The position numbers were made by a program, and so were the translations under genes. This document shows positions 1-8,185 of a stretch of 43,581 nt of DNA, piece after piece. This DNA is from a virus (lineage: Duplodnaviria; Caudoviricetes), in IMG/VR virus record IMGVR_UViG_3300018476_000006, positions 1-43,581 of that record; one strand, 5' to 3'. The first letter of the stretch is position 1. Every line of letters begins with the position of its first letter. The notes under the pieces were generated by a model. The model did no database searches. It was not told the origin of the DNA and was given only the letters and a program-made list of their open reading frames with translations.

Positions 1-123
1 GGTCGGGCACCTGCCGCGCCTGTTCGGCGGCCTCGGCCTCGGCCATCACGCGCGCGGCCAGCGCCTCGCGCTCGACCGACAAGGCCGCCTCGTCCCGGGG
101 GACGACCCCCAGCGACACGCTGA
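1..123. repeat. 123-bp direct terminal repeat (copy 1); circular assembly overlap
   Basis: 1-123 identical to 43459-43581; falls inside an ORF. Confidence 0.97.
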
Positions 124-736
124 ACTGGCTGACCAGCCCCTCGGCGTAGCGGGGCGTCACGGTGAGACCGTGTCGGCCGGCGAGCAGGTGGAGCCGGCGC
201 GCCTCCTGCGCCTGCCACCCGGGGTGGCGGTCGGCCTCATGGTCCCAGTGCTGCTCGAAAAACGCGCGCGTGCTGCCGTGCCACGTCCCGGGGCACCGCT
301 CGCAGGAGAACGCCGGCGCCGCCTCGGGCACCGGCGGGGCTGTCTCGGGCGCGTCGTGAATCAGCCGGTCGATCTCGCGGGCGACGAGGTCGCCGGGCGC
401 GGGCACCAGCGCCGTCAGTAGCACGCGCATCTCGCCGGTCCCCAGTAGCGCCTGCGGGCAGTAGGCGCCGGCCTTGTCGGCCATGGCGCGGATCCGCCGG
501 TGGTCGGTGTGGCTGATCCACTTCGCGAAGAGCACCGCGCCGGTGTTGGGCGGGATGGCGCCCTTGGCGACCGCCCGGCTGTTGCTGGGCCAGAAGGCCA
601 CCTGCCGGTGCCCGAGGATCATCTCGGGCAGGTTGCCGGGTCGGATGCCCACCAGCAGGATGGTCTGGCCGCGCGCGACCACGTCGGCGATGAAGCGGTC
701 GGGGGTCAGCCCCGACGGCACGTCGGCGAGTCTCAC
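1..736 (-). CDS. 5' part of ~339-aa hypothetical protein spanning the circular junction; DUF2325-like alpha/beta N-domain, C-terminal coiled coil
   Basis: GTG at 736 overlaps upstream stop (GTGA); frame open through base 1 and continues into ORF 43175..43576; ILLVG...AVLFAKWISH motif. Confidence 0.75.
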   Translation of the reverse strand, partial: MRLADVPSGLTPDRFIADVVARGQTILLVGIRPGNLPEMILGHRQVAFWPSNSRAVAKGAIPPNTGAVLFAKWISHTDHRRIRAMADKAGAYCPQALLGTGEMRVLLTALVPAPGDLVAREIDRLIHDAPETAPPVPEAAPAFSCERCPGTWHGSTRAFFEQHWDHEADRHPGWQAQEARRLHLLAGRHGLTVTPRYAEGLVSQFSVSLGVVPRDEAALSVEREALAARVMAEAEAAEQARQVPD

Positions 737-1119
737 AAGGCACCCCCTGTCGCGCGCTGGGAGGCCGCTAGGCGCGCAGCGGCGAGGCGCTGGCGGTCCA
801 CGGTCGTAGACAGGCCCGCGAGGCGGCTAGGCGCCACCGGGGCCGGCTGGGCGATGCCAGCGGACGGCAGCACCGGGCTGGGCCGGCGCGGGTCGACGGG
901 CACCGCCGTCTGGACACGGGCGCCGCAGGCCGGCTTCCCCAGCTGGGGGCCAGCTGGGGCTGGGGCGGGCGCGTCGGGGTGGCCGAACCCGATGCCGATG
1001 CCGCCCCGGTCGGGGTGGTGGTCGGCGCAGGTGGCCACCCGGCCGAATCGCTTGTGCTGCGCGGAGAGGGTGGCCCGGCCGTTGTAGCAGCCGAGCACGT
1101 AGCAGAGGTTCCCGGTCAT
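733..1119 (-). CDS. hypothetical early protein, Cys/His N-terminus, Pro/Ala-rich tail
   Basis: ORF track; ATG 1119 preceded by CCGAGGAG RBS. Confidence 0.7.
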   Translation of the reverse strand: MTGNLCYVLGCYNGRATLSAQHKRFGRVATCADHHPDRGGIGIGFGHPDAPAPAPAGPQLGKPACGARVQTAVPVDPRRPSPVLPSAGIAQPAPVAPSRLAGLSTTVDRQRLAAARLAASQRATGGAL

Positions 1120-1173
1120 CGTCGTCACTCCTCGGAAAGTGGGGGCCGGTCTATAGACCAGCCCCCGGGTCCA

Positions 1174-2169
1174 CTACGCCGCGACCAGTTCGCGGGCCTG
1201 CGCCAGCGCGAACGCCTTGAGGTCCGCGTTGCCGCCGAAGATGGCCGACTCGTTGGCGCGCTTGCGGCCGGCGGCCGACTTCGCCTCGGCGGGACGGACG
1301 TGGTCGAAGTACTCGGTGACCGCGTTGTAGGCGCCCCACGCGGTCGGGATGCCGTTGGGGTTGGCAAGCTCGGCGCCGACGCCCGACTGCAGCAGTTCGG
1401 CGACGGTCGCGCGGCGGTTGCGGACCACGTCCGACAGCTTGCCGCCCTCGGCCGGGAAGACCGCCTCGATGAACGCGACGACTTCGCGCGAGGTCAGCTG
1501 GCGCTGCGCGAGGTGCGCGAAGGTCTCGCCCGTGGCGACCAGCGCCGCCGTCAGCGACGACACCAGCTTGGCCGCCGTGTCGAGCTTCGCTTCGACCGAC
1601 GCCGTGTGGCGCAGCTTGAACACCTTGGCGTGCTGGCCGGCGGCGGCCATGTTGAGCGTGTTCTGGCAGACCACGCGGATGGGCGTCAACGACCCCACGA
1701 TGCCGACCGAGCCGTCGTGGCCCCACTTGATCAGCGCGTAGCCGTTGACCGTGTCGCCGGTGCCGGTCGGGTCGATGCTCTCGGGCAGCTTGGCGAGCGC
1801 CCAGCAGGTGGAGCCACCGGCCAGCGCGCCGGCGACCGCGATGGTGAGACCGAACTGCTCGACCGCTGGGCGCAGCACGTCGAGCGCCTGTGCGTTCTGC
1901 ACCGGCGTATAGGCCGGGCCGGGGACGCCGAGCACCGCGTTGGTGTCGGTGCGGACGATGGCCTGCGCCTTGTCGGTCGCGCGCCATTCGCCGTGGTGCA
2001 GATAGGCGATGCCGCGCGCTTCTACCTCCCACGCGAGGCCGGCGGCGTCGAGGACGAAGTTGAGGTCGGTCGCCTGCGCGGGCGAGATGCGGTTGCCGAA
2101 ACCGTGCCACGGCGTGGAACCGATGTAGGCGATGGCGGCGCGTCCGGTGCTCTGGTCGATGTTGTCCAT
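1174..2169 (-). CDS. DUF932 family phage/plasmid protein
   Basis: PWHGFG, AGLAWEV, YTPVQN, HDGS, TPIRVVCQNTL, RHT, TAWGAYNAVTEYFDH motifs; ATG 2169 with GAGGAGG RBS. Confidence 0.92.
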   Translation of the reverse strand: MDNIDQSTGRAAIAYIGSTPWHGFGNRISPAQATDLNFVLDAAGLAWEVEARGIAYLHHGEWRATDKAQAIVRTDTNAVLGVPGPAYTPVQNAQALDVLRPAVEQFGLTIAVAGALAGGSTCWALAKLPESIDPTGTGDTVNGYALIKWGHDGSVGIVGSLTPIRVVCQNTLNMAAAGQHAKVFKLRHTASVEAKLDTAAKLVSSLTAALVATGETFAHLAQRQLTSREVVAFIEAVFPAEGGKLSDVVRNRRATVAELLQSGVGAELANPNGIPTAWGAYNAVTEYFDHVRPAEAKSAAGRKRANESAIFGGNADLKAFALAQARELVAA

Positions 2170-2222
2170 GGTGCCCCTCCTCGGGGTGTCGCTGCCGGCG
2201 TCCATCGCCGACCGACCCACAG

Positions 2223-2252
2223 AGTATGCGATAAACCCAACGCTCGTGTCAA
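2223..2252 (-). promoter_or_regulatory. sigma70-type early promoter TTGACA-18-CATACT, AACCCAACG motif inverted in spacer
   Basis: Near-consensus hexamers upstream of DUF932. Confidence 0.85.
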
Positions 2253-2293
2253 CCCCCCTGTTTTATTGGGGTTTTGGGGTGGGGCACCGCCGT

Positions 2294-2325
2294 GTGTTGC
2301 AATGCGGACGCAGGTGTGCAACACT
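2294..2325 (+). promoter_or_regulatory. divergent promoter TTGCAA-17-(TG)AACACT overlapped by 8-bp inverted repeat GTGTTGCA/TGCAACAC
   Basis: IR arms 2294-2301 and 2317-2324; GTG of HTH gene 7 nt after -10. Confidence 0.55.
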
Positions 2326-2332
2326 GCGTGCC

Positions 2333-2623
2333 GTGACGAGACTGACCGACGACGATGTGGCGGTGCTGTCGCGCAAGGTGCCCCGGCTGCGGCTGCGAAC
2401 GGCCGTGCAGCTGGCCGGGACCGACTACGCGACAGTGGCGGCCAAGGCGGGCGTGAGCCGGGCGCATCTGGCCGGCGCCGCGCAGGGCCGACAGGGGCTG
2501 TCGCTGACGGCCAAGGTGCGGGTGGCCCGGGTGCTCGGGGTCGCGCCGCGTGTGGTGTGGCCGGCGCTGGAGGCGCTGGCCAACGAGTTGCTGCATGGCG
2601 CAGCGGGGAGGCGACGAGGATGA
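2333..2623 (+). CDS. XRE/Cro-like HTH transcriptional regulator
   Basis: YATVAAKAGVSRAHLAGAAQG..LSL..KVRVARVLGV pattern; divergent from early promoter. Confidence 0.75.
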   Translation: MTRLTDDDVAVLSRKVPRLRLRTAVQLAGTDYATVAAKAGVSRAHLAGAAQGRQGLSLTAKVRVARVLGVAPRVVWPALEALANELLHGAAGRRRG

Positions 2624-2886
2624 CGACGGAGGCGAAGGGGCAGCTGGTGAGCCGGCTGGCGACCGAGGTCGCGCGGCGCGTGGGCGCCGGCGACAAGGCG
2701 GTAGTGGTGGGCGGGGAGACCTACACGTTGGCGGCGCCGTTGCTGCGCGACCTCGCGGTCGAGCACGACGTGTCCCCCGAGGAGGCGCGCGCGGTGCTGG
2801 TCGACGCGGAGGCCGCCGGGCTGGTAGTGACCTATCACGACCACGACACCGACGCGCCGCTGCTGGTGCGCGCGCTGCTGCTGTAA
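2620..2886 (+). CDS. small winged-helix-like hypothetical protein
   Basis: ATGA coupling; LRDLAVEHDVSPEEARAVLVDAEAAGLV resembles GntR-type wHTH. Confidence 0.55.
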   Translation: MTTEAKGQLVSRLATEVARRVGAGDKAVVVGGETYTLAAPLLRDLAVEHDVSPEEARAVLVDAEAAGLVVTYHDHDTDAPLLVRALLL

Positions 2887-3024
2887 CGACGGGTCGGTGT
2901 GCGTCCCCGCCGCTGCCAACTGGGGCACGGCCGGCGTCGGCCGCTGGGAACGGCCGGTGCCGCATCGACAGTTCATCGCGCTCCGTCGGGGACGACGGCG
3001 GGGCGTGCTTTCGAGGTCAAGGAC

Positions 3025-4011
3025 ATGAGCGAGAACGAACAGGGTCTGGAGCCGACACCGTCGGCGCCCATGACGCGCGTGGTTCCGCCGGCGCCGGCGC
3101 GTATGTCGCCGCCACCGGTGGCGCCCGTGCTGCAGAGCAGCGACGAGGTGGCCGGCATCATCGAGGCGCTCTGCAAGGCGCAGGGCAAGTTCGGCACGGT
3201 CGCCAAGGACCGCGTGGCCGACATCACCTCGTCGCGCGGAAGCTACAAGTATGGCTACGCCACGCTGGCGTCGGTCATCGCGGCCGTGCGGCCGGCGCTC
3301 AACGAGCAGGGCATCGTGTTGGTGCAGTCGGCCAACATTCTCAACGGCGAGCGCGCCGTGCTGCTGCAGGTGGACACGCGCTTCATCCACACGTCGGGCC
3401 AGTGGCTCGGCAGCGTGCTGCGCCTGCCGCTGGGCGATGCCACGCCGCAGGGCATGGGGTCGTTGCTGACCTACCTGCGCCGCTACGGCCTCTCGGCGCT
3501 CGCCGGCGTGGCGAGTGAAGAGGACGACGACGGACAGGCCGCGCAGCCGCCGACGCCGGCGCAGCGCACCACCGCGCCGCGCGAGCGCAAGCCGGCGCCC
3601 CCGACAGGGACGGACCAGTCGTTGGCAGACCGCCGGGCGCAGCAGGAAGCGCCGCCCGAGGTGGCGCCGCCGCCGGTGCTGGAGAACGAACTGCCGGCAC
3701 GCGAGGCGGCCAAGCCGCGCCCGCCCAAGGTGCAACACCCGGTGGGGCCGACCCCGCCGCGCGAGCCGCTGGCCGGCCCGGGCACCATCACGCAGAAGGA
3801 CCGCAACCTGCTGTTCAAGACCGCCAGCGCCAACAGCTGGGCCGAGGCTGACGTGAAGAGCCTGCTGCACCAGCTGTTCAAGTACACGTCGACCTCGCAG
3901 CTGACGCCAACGCAGCTGGTCGAGGTGCTCGCGTGCATCGAGCGGCCGGCCGAAAACGGCGTGTCGTTCGAAATGCTGGAGGGCCAGCAGGTGCTGGTCG
4001 TGAAGCGGTGA
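3025..4011 (+). CDS. erf: ERF family single-strand annealing protein
   Basis: ALCKAQ, YKYGYATL, TRFIHTSGQW, QGMGSLLTYLRRYGLSALAGVASEEDDDG hallmark motifs. Confidence 0.93.
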   Translation: MSENEQGLEPTPSAPMTRVVPPAPARMSPPPVAPVLQSSDEVAGIIEALCKAQGKFGTVAKDRVADITSSRGSYKYGYATLASVIAAVRPALNEQGIVLVQSANILNGERAVLLQVDTRFIHTSGQWLGSVLRLPLGDATPQGMGSLLTYLRRYGLSALAGVASEEDDDGQAAQPPTPAQRTTAPRERKPAPPTGTDQSLADRRAQQEAPPEVAPPPVLENELPAREAAKPRPPKVQHPVGPTPPREPLAGPGTITQKDRNLLFKTASANSWAEADVKSLLHQLFKYTSTSQLTPTQLVEVLACIERPAENGVSFEMLEGQQVLVVKR

Positions 4012-4244
4012 CCAAGCTGGCGCCCGACAGTGACAGCGCCAAGGTGCTGGTCGAAGTGCCGCGCGCGGCCGTGCCCGACGCCATGACGCTGCCGTGGGCC
4101 GAGGTGCTCACGTCAGCCGCGCAGCTGGGCTGGGTCGTCAAGAAGGACGCGAGCCACTTCTGGTGCCGGCCCGACCACGCGCTGCTGCGCGAGGGCAGCG
4201 ACGAGATGCGCGGGATCCCGGTGCTGTATCACCAGCGATGGTGA
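4008..4244 (+). CDS. hypothetical protein
   Basis: GTGA-coupled ORF between erf and nuclease. Confidence 0.6.
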   Translation: MTKLAPDSDSAKVLVEVPRAAVPDAMTLPWAEVLTSAAQLGWVVKKDASHFWCRPDHALLREGSDEMRGIPVLYHQRW

Positions 4245-4831
4245 CGCCGCCGCCGCTGACGTTTGACGAGGCCACGCACACGTTCTGGCGTGGCGTCGAG
4301 CGCGTGCCGTCGGTGACGCAGGTCATCAAGGCCGCCGGGCTGGTCAACACCAACCACGCGACGATGTGGGCGCGCGACCGGGGCGTGCGCGTCCACACGG
4401 CGCTGCAGGCGCTGGTGACGCAGGACGAGGACGCCGCGCTGGCGCACCTGTGGGAGGACGACCTGCCCTACTTCGCGGCCGGCCAGCGGTGGCTGACGAC
4501 CGCCGGCGTCGAGGTGCTCGGGGCCGAGGAGTTGGTCGACGGCGGCAGCTACGCGGGGTGGCTCGACCTGCGCTGCCGCATCCGGGGCCATCACCGGCCG
4601 GTGGTGGTCGACTTCAAGACCGGCGGCCTGCCCGAGTGGGTGGCGCTGCAGCTGGCGGCCTACGCCGCGCCACTGGGCGTGCCCGGCGGCTGCGACCGGA
4701 TGGCGGTGCGGCTGCAGGTCGGCGGCGAGCCGCGCGTCGAGGTGTATCGCGGGGTGACGGACTGGGCGGATTTTCGCGCCTGCCTGCGGGTGTGGCAGCT
4801 GCAGGCGCGCATGGGGGTGTGGAGTGAGTGA
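4238..4831 (+). CDS. PD-(D/E)XK exonuclease (Cas4/AddB-like recombination nuclease)
   Basis: FDEATHT, VPSVTQVI, RGVRVH, YAGWLD, VVDFKTG, LQLAAY; adjacent to erf. Confidence 0.88.
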   Translation: MVTPPPLTFDEATHTFWRGVERVPSVTQVIKAAGLVNTNHATMWARDRGVRVHTALQALVTQDEDAALAHLWEDDLPYFAAGQRWLTTAGVEVLGAEELVDGGSYAGWLDLRCRIRGHHRPVVVDFKTGGLPEWVALQLAAYAAPLGVPGGCDRMAVRLQVGGEPRVEVYRGVTDWADFRACLRVWQLQARMGVWSE

Positions 4832-5525
4832 GAACGCTTTAGTGCAGGTGACCCTGCAGCACGCGCTGGCCGAGGACGATCTGGTCACCGATGCGCGCGC
4901 GCTGCAGGTGACGGGACCGGAAACGGCCGAGATGGCGGTCGAGTTTCGCGACGGGGTGCAGGCGCTGCTGGACGAGATCGAGGGCGCTTACCGGCCGCAC
5001 ATCAGTCGCGCGCACACGCTGCACAAAGGCCTGTGCGCGGAACTGCGGACGCGGCAGGCGCCGGCGCAGCAGGCGCTGATCATTCTCAACGGCGCGCTGG
5101 CGGCCTACGAGATCACGCGCCGGCAGCGGGTCGAGGCGGCCGAGCGCGAGCGGGTGCGGCGCGAGACCGAGGCGGCCATCGAGGAGCGCGAGGCCGAGGC
5201 CAAGGCGGTCGAGGCGGTCGACCCGGCGATGGCCGAGGACATCCGCACGGCGCCGCTGGAGCAGTTCGCGATGCCGGGCGTGCCGGTGCCGGCGGTCGAG
5301 CAGAAGGCCGCCGGCGTGGCGGTCACCGTGCCCTACGTGGCCGAACTGACCGACCTCGCGGCGCTGGTCGCCTTCGCGCACACGCATCCCGAGATGCTGG
5401 CGCTGGTGGTCGCGCCCAACCAAGCGGGCCTCGACCTGCTGGTGAAGCAGCAGGGCGCCAGCTTCTCCATCCCCGGCGTCAAGCGCGTGGCCGGCGTGGC
5501 CATCGTGCGGAGGACACGGCGGTGA
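4824..5525 (+). CDS. coiled-coil hypothetical protein of the recombination module
   Basis: Charged helical core, ends FSIPGV; overlapping neighbours. Confidence 0.7.
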   Translation: MSENALVQVTLQHALAEDDLVTDARALQVTGPETAEMAVEFRDGVQALLDEIEGAYRPHISRAHTLHKGLCAELRTRQAPAQQALIILNGALAAYEITRRQRVEAAERERVRRETEAAIEEREAEAKAVEAVDPAMAEDIRTAPLEQFAMPGVPVPAVEQKAAGVAVTVPYVAELTDLAALVAFAHTHPEMLALVVAPNQAGLDLLVKQQGASFSIPGVKRVAGVAIVRRTRR

Positions 5526-5914
5526 CCGCCTACTGGCGCGGCAACGAGGTCGATGTCACCTCGGTGCCGGTGTGTCGCGGGCGGGGGAAGGAGCGCGAAA
5601 CGTGGAGCTTCACGGTCGAGCGGGGGCAACTGGTGCTGCGCGGCTACTGGGTGGAGATGCTGCCCACGCGCCGGCACAAGCGGTGGCGTGAGGTGCGGAG
5701 CATCGGCCGGCGCTGGCCGTCCTTCACCATGCTGGCCAGCCCCAACGGCATCGAGACACTGGCCGACGTGCCGATGGACAACGCGCGCGCCGCTGCGGTG
5801 TTGGACGCGGTCATGCCGACCTTCACGGTGAAGGCGCCGGGCCAGCTGTCGCTGCCGTCGATTGGGTATCGCCTGCGGGAGCACGCCCCCGCCGACGCGG
5901 CGGTCGCGCCGTGA
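5522..5914 (+). CDS. hypothetical protein
   Basis: GTGA coupling, GC3-biased codons. Confidence 0.65.
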   Translation: MTAYWRGNEVDVTSVPVCRGRGKERETWSFTVERGQLVLRGYWVEMLPTRRHKRWREVRSIGRRWPSFTMLASPNGIETLADVPMDNARAAAVLDAVMPTFTVKAPGQLSLPSIGYRLREHAPADAAVAP

Positions 5915-5959
5915 CCACGCAAGGTATAGGGTACTGGTCGGGGACTCAACCGAGGCGAT

Positions 5960-6400
5960 TTGACAGTGACGACGGGACCGTCGTAAATAATTCGGGCCGA
6001 GCAATGGTTTGCGCCACGCTCGGCCCTGTTCCTTGTTCGGCGTGGTGGAATCACGCGAACCCGGCCTGCCGTCATGGTAGCCGGTATCGCGTTCCACAAC
6101 AACCCAACGAGGCGCACGGTGCCTCTCGCGCGCGTGGTCGTGGCCACCTGCGCGAGCAGTCGGTGCGCGAAGGGGTCCGCTGATGCTGCGGACGGAGGGC
6201 GTGGTGGCAAGCAACCACGCGAGCACGCGCGCCCGGCTGACGGTGCTGACCGAGACCGATGTCGACACGCGGCACGTACGGCTGCTGCTTCAAGTACCAC
6301 CGACGGTACCGGAGTAGCCGGGGTGAGCGGAGAGACTGAGGGACGGGCGGTGGGGGTCCGGTCTGTACAGACGTTGGGGTTATTCACAGAGCGCGCGTAG
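5960..6400 (+). other. structured non-coding region; putative replication origin and/or ncRNA
   Basis: TTGACA 5960 with AT-rich -10 region; six hairpins; AACCCAACG 6101; palindrome GTCTGTACAGAC 6361-6372; DnaA-box-like TTATTCACA 6380-6388. Confidence 0.5.
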
Positions 6401-6409
6401 GATGGCGCC

Positions 6410-6631
6410 GTGGCCAAGGTGCCCAGCGTGCTGCGCGAGGTGCAGCGGCGCTATTGGGCGCTGCAGGCGAGCTTCGCCGAGGTCGACGCGCGCTACCGGC
6501 GCGGCGCGGTGACGATGGCGGCGTGGGACCGTGCGCGGGCCAGCTGGCTGGCGGTCAACGAAACCTACGTGCGCGCGCTGGAACGCGAGATCGAGCGCCG
6601 CGTCTATGGCAGGAGGTCCGAGGATGGGTGA
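6410..6631 (+). CDS. hypothetical helical protein
   Basis: ORF track; TAGGAT 6 nt upstream of GTG. Confidence 0.6.
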   Translation: MAKVPSVLREVQRRYWALQASFAEVDARYRRGAVTMAAWDRARASWLAVNETYVRALEREIERRVYGRRSEDG

Positions 6632-7064
6632 GCAGGGCAGTTTGTTTGACGACGTGCGCCCGCCGGCGCTCAAAGGCGACCCGCGCTTCGAACAGTTCTG
6701 GGCGCTCTACCCGGCGACCCGGCGCATGAACAAGACCAAGACCGCCGAGGTCTTCGCGCGCCGCGTCGAAACGGTGCGCGACTGGATGACGATCCTGCGC
6801 GTGCTGCCGCTGCAGATCGCCTCGGCGCAGTGGACCGAGCACCCGCGCTTCATCCCGCACGCCACCACCTACCTCAACGGCCGGCGCTGGGAGGACGACC
6901 CGCGCGTCTACGCCGCCGCGCCGCCGACCGCCGCCGAACTGGAGGTCGCGCACCGCATCCGCAAGAACGCGCGCGGCGGCTGCCCGCACGACCCGGTGTG
7001 CGCGCGGTGGCTCGACTGCATCGAGCAGATCGTGACCGACAACCGTGCGCGGGGGGTCCGCTGA
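6624..7064 (+). CDS. replication-initiator C-terminal-domain protein
   Basis: FEQFWALYP...K...IPHATTYLNGRRWED motif of phage replisome organisers; AGGAGG RBS. Confidence 0.75.
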   Translation: MGEQGSLFDDVRPPALKGDPRFEQFWALYPATRRMNKTKTAEVFARRVETVRDWMTILRVLPLQIASAQWTEHPRFIPHATTYLNGRRWEDDPRVYAAAPPTAAELEVAHRIRKNARGGCPHDPVCARWLDCIEQIVTDNRARGVR

Positions 7065-7450
7065 TGCTGCGCCCCGGGCAGATCAGTGAGGAGGGCCAAC
7101 GCCTCTCCGAGCAACTGTGCCCGCGCGTGTTGCCGGCCGGCTGGCAGCCGCTGGCGGCGCAGGCCGGCGGCTTTGTGAACCAACAGCGCAAGCTGGCGGC
7201 CATCTTCAGCGTCGAGCGCGAGGCTGACGGCAAACGCTGGATCCACGTCAGCGTGAGCCACCGCGACCGCGTGCCGACGTGGGACGAACTGACGAGCGCG
7301 AAGCGGTGGCTGCTGGGGCCAGACCGCTGGGCCATCTCGATCCTGCCGCCTGAGGCCGAGTACGTGAACGACCACCCCTACTGCCTGCACTTGTGGCACT
7401 GCCTCGACGGCGGGGTAGTGCCCGACATGCGGAAGGGCGGCACGATCTGA
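7064..7450 (+). CDS. conserved phage protein (DUF7694-like)
   Basis: WIHVSVS..RVPTWDEL..K...PP..EYVNDHPYCLHLW. Confidence 0.75.
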   Translation: MLRPGQISEEGQRLSEQLCPRVLPAGWQPLAAQAGGFVNQQRKLAAIFSVEREADGKRWIHVSVSHRDRVPTWDELTSAKRWLLGPDRWAISILPPEAEYVNDHPYCLHLWHCLDGGVVPDMRKGGTI

Positions 7451-7488
7451 CGCCGCCGCCGGCCCCGACCGTGGGCCTGCCCGCCGGC

Positions 7489-8019
7489 ATGGTGTGGCTC
7501 TGGTGCCCGGTGTGCCGCCTCTGGCGGGCCGTGCGCCAGCATCACGCGCGCCGTCGGGTGGTCTGCTCGACCGCCTGCCGGGCCGCGCAGCATCACCTGC
7601 GCGCCGCCCCCAAGCCGCGCTGCGCGTGGCGCGACTGCCCGCGCCGGGTGAGTCGCGTGAGCGCCCGCTGCTGCGGCCGGTTCCACGGGATGCTCTGGCG
7701 GCGCGAGCAGCAGGTGCTGAAGATGACCCCGCTGGAGGCGTATCGCGCCGGCCTCCGCGACAACGCCAACCGGCGCCAGAGGGCGAAACGTCGTGCTGAT
7801 TGTCGAGGTCCGCGTGCTCGGAGTCCCCATCCCGCAAGGTTCGATGCGGTCGCCGGCCGCCGGCGTCGTCCTGCACGCCAGCGGCAAAGTGAAACCGTGG
7901 CGCGAGGCGATGGGCTGGGCGCTGCGCGCCGCGATGACGACGCAGCCGGTGCAGGGACCGGTGAGCGTGTCGCTGCAGTTCGCGCTGCCGTTGTCGAAGC
8001 GCCCGCGCGTGTTCGCTGA
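7489..8019 (+). CDS. Cys-rich putative zinc-finger protein (ends uncertain)
   Basis: CPVC, CSTAC, CAWRDC, CCGRFH; frame runs into rusA. Confidence 0.5.
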   Translation: MVWLWCPVCRLWRAVRQHHARRRVVCSTACRAAQHHLRAAPKPRCAWRDCPRRVSRVSARCCGRFHGMLWRREQQVLKMTPLEAYRAGLRDNANRRQRAKRRADCRGPRARSPHPARFDAVAGRRRRPARQRQSETVARGDGLGAARRDDDAAGAGTGERVAAVRAAVVEAPARVR

Positions 8020-8185
8020 CCGCGCGCCCGACCTCGACAAGCTGACGCGCGCGGTGCTCGACGCGCTGACCGGCGTGGTGATCGTGGACGACGGGCAGGT
8101 GGTCGAGGTCTACGCGCACAAGCACTACGCCGACGAGACCGGCGTCCGCATCATGGTGAAGTACGCCGGCCCCGAGTTGGCGTGA
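7793..8185 (+). CDS. rusA: RusA family Holliday junction resolvase
   Basis: PIPQGS, GPVSVSL.F, PDLDKLTRAVLDALTG..IVDDGQVV...K.Y. Confidence 0.93.
   Translation: MLIVEVRVLGVPIPQGSMRSPAAGVVLHASGKVKPWREAMGWALRAAMTTQPVQGPVSVSLQFALPLSKRPRVFADRAPDLDKLTRAVLDALTGVVIVDDGQVVEVYAHKHYADETGVRIMVKYAGPELA

Noticed and set aside
1-123. Terminal repeat as a biological DTR or att site
   Set aside because: Lies mid-ORF with no special structure; best explained as assembler overlap of a circular or permuted genome
2893-2969. tRNA gene
   Set aside because: Cloverleaf-like size but no T-loop GTTCRA, D-loop or anticodon arm
5911-6400. ORFs 5911-6183 and 6074-6400 as genes
   Set aside because: Atypical codon usage, no motifs, and overlap with promoter and hairpin elements; not fully excluded
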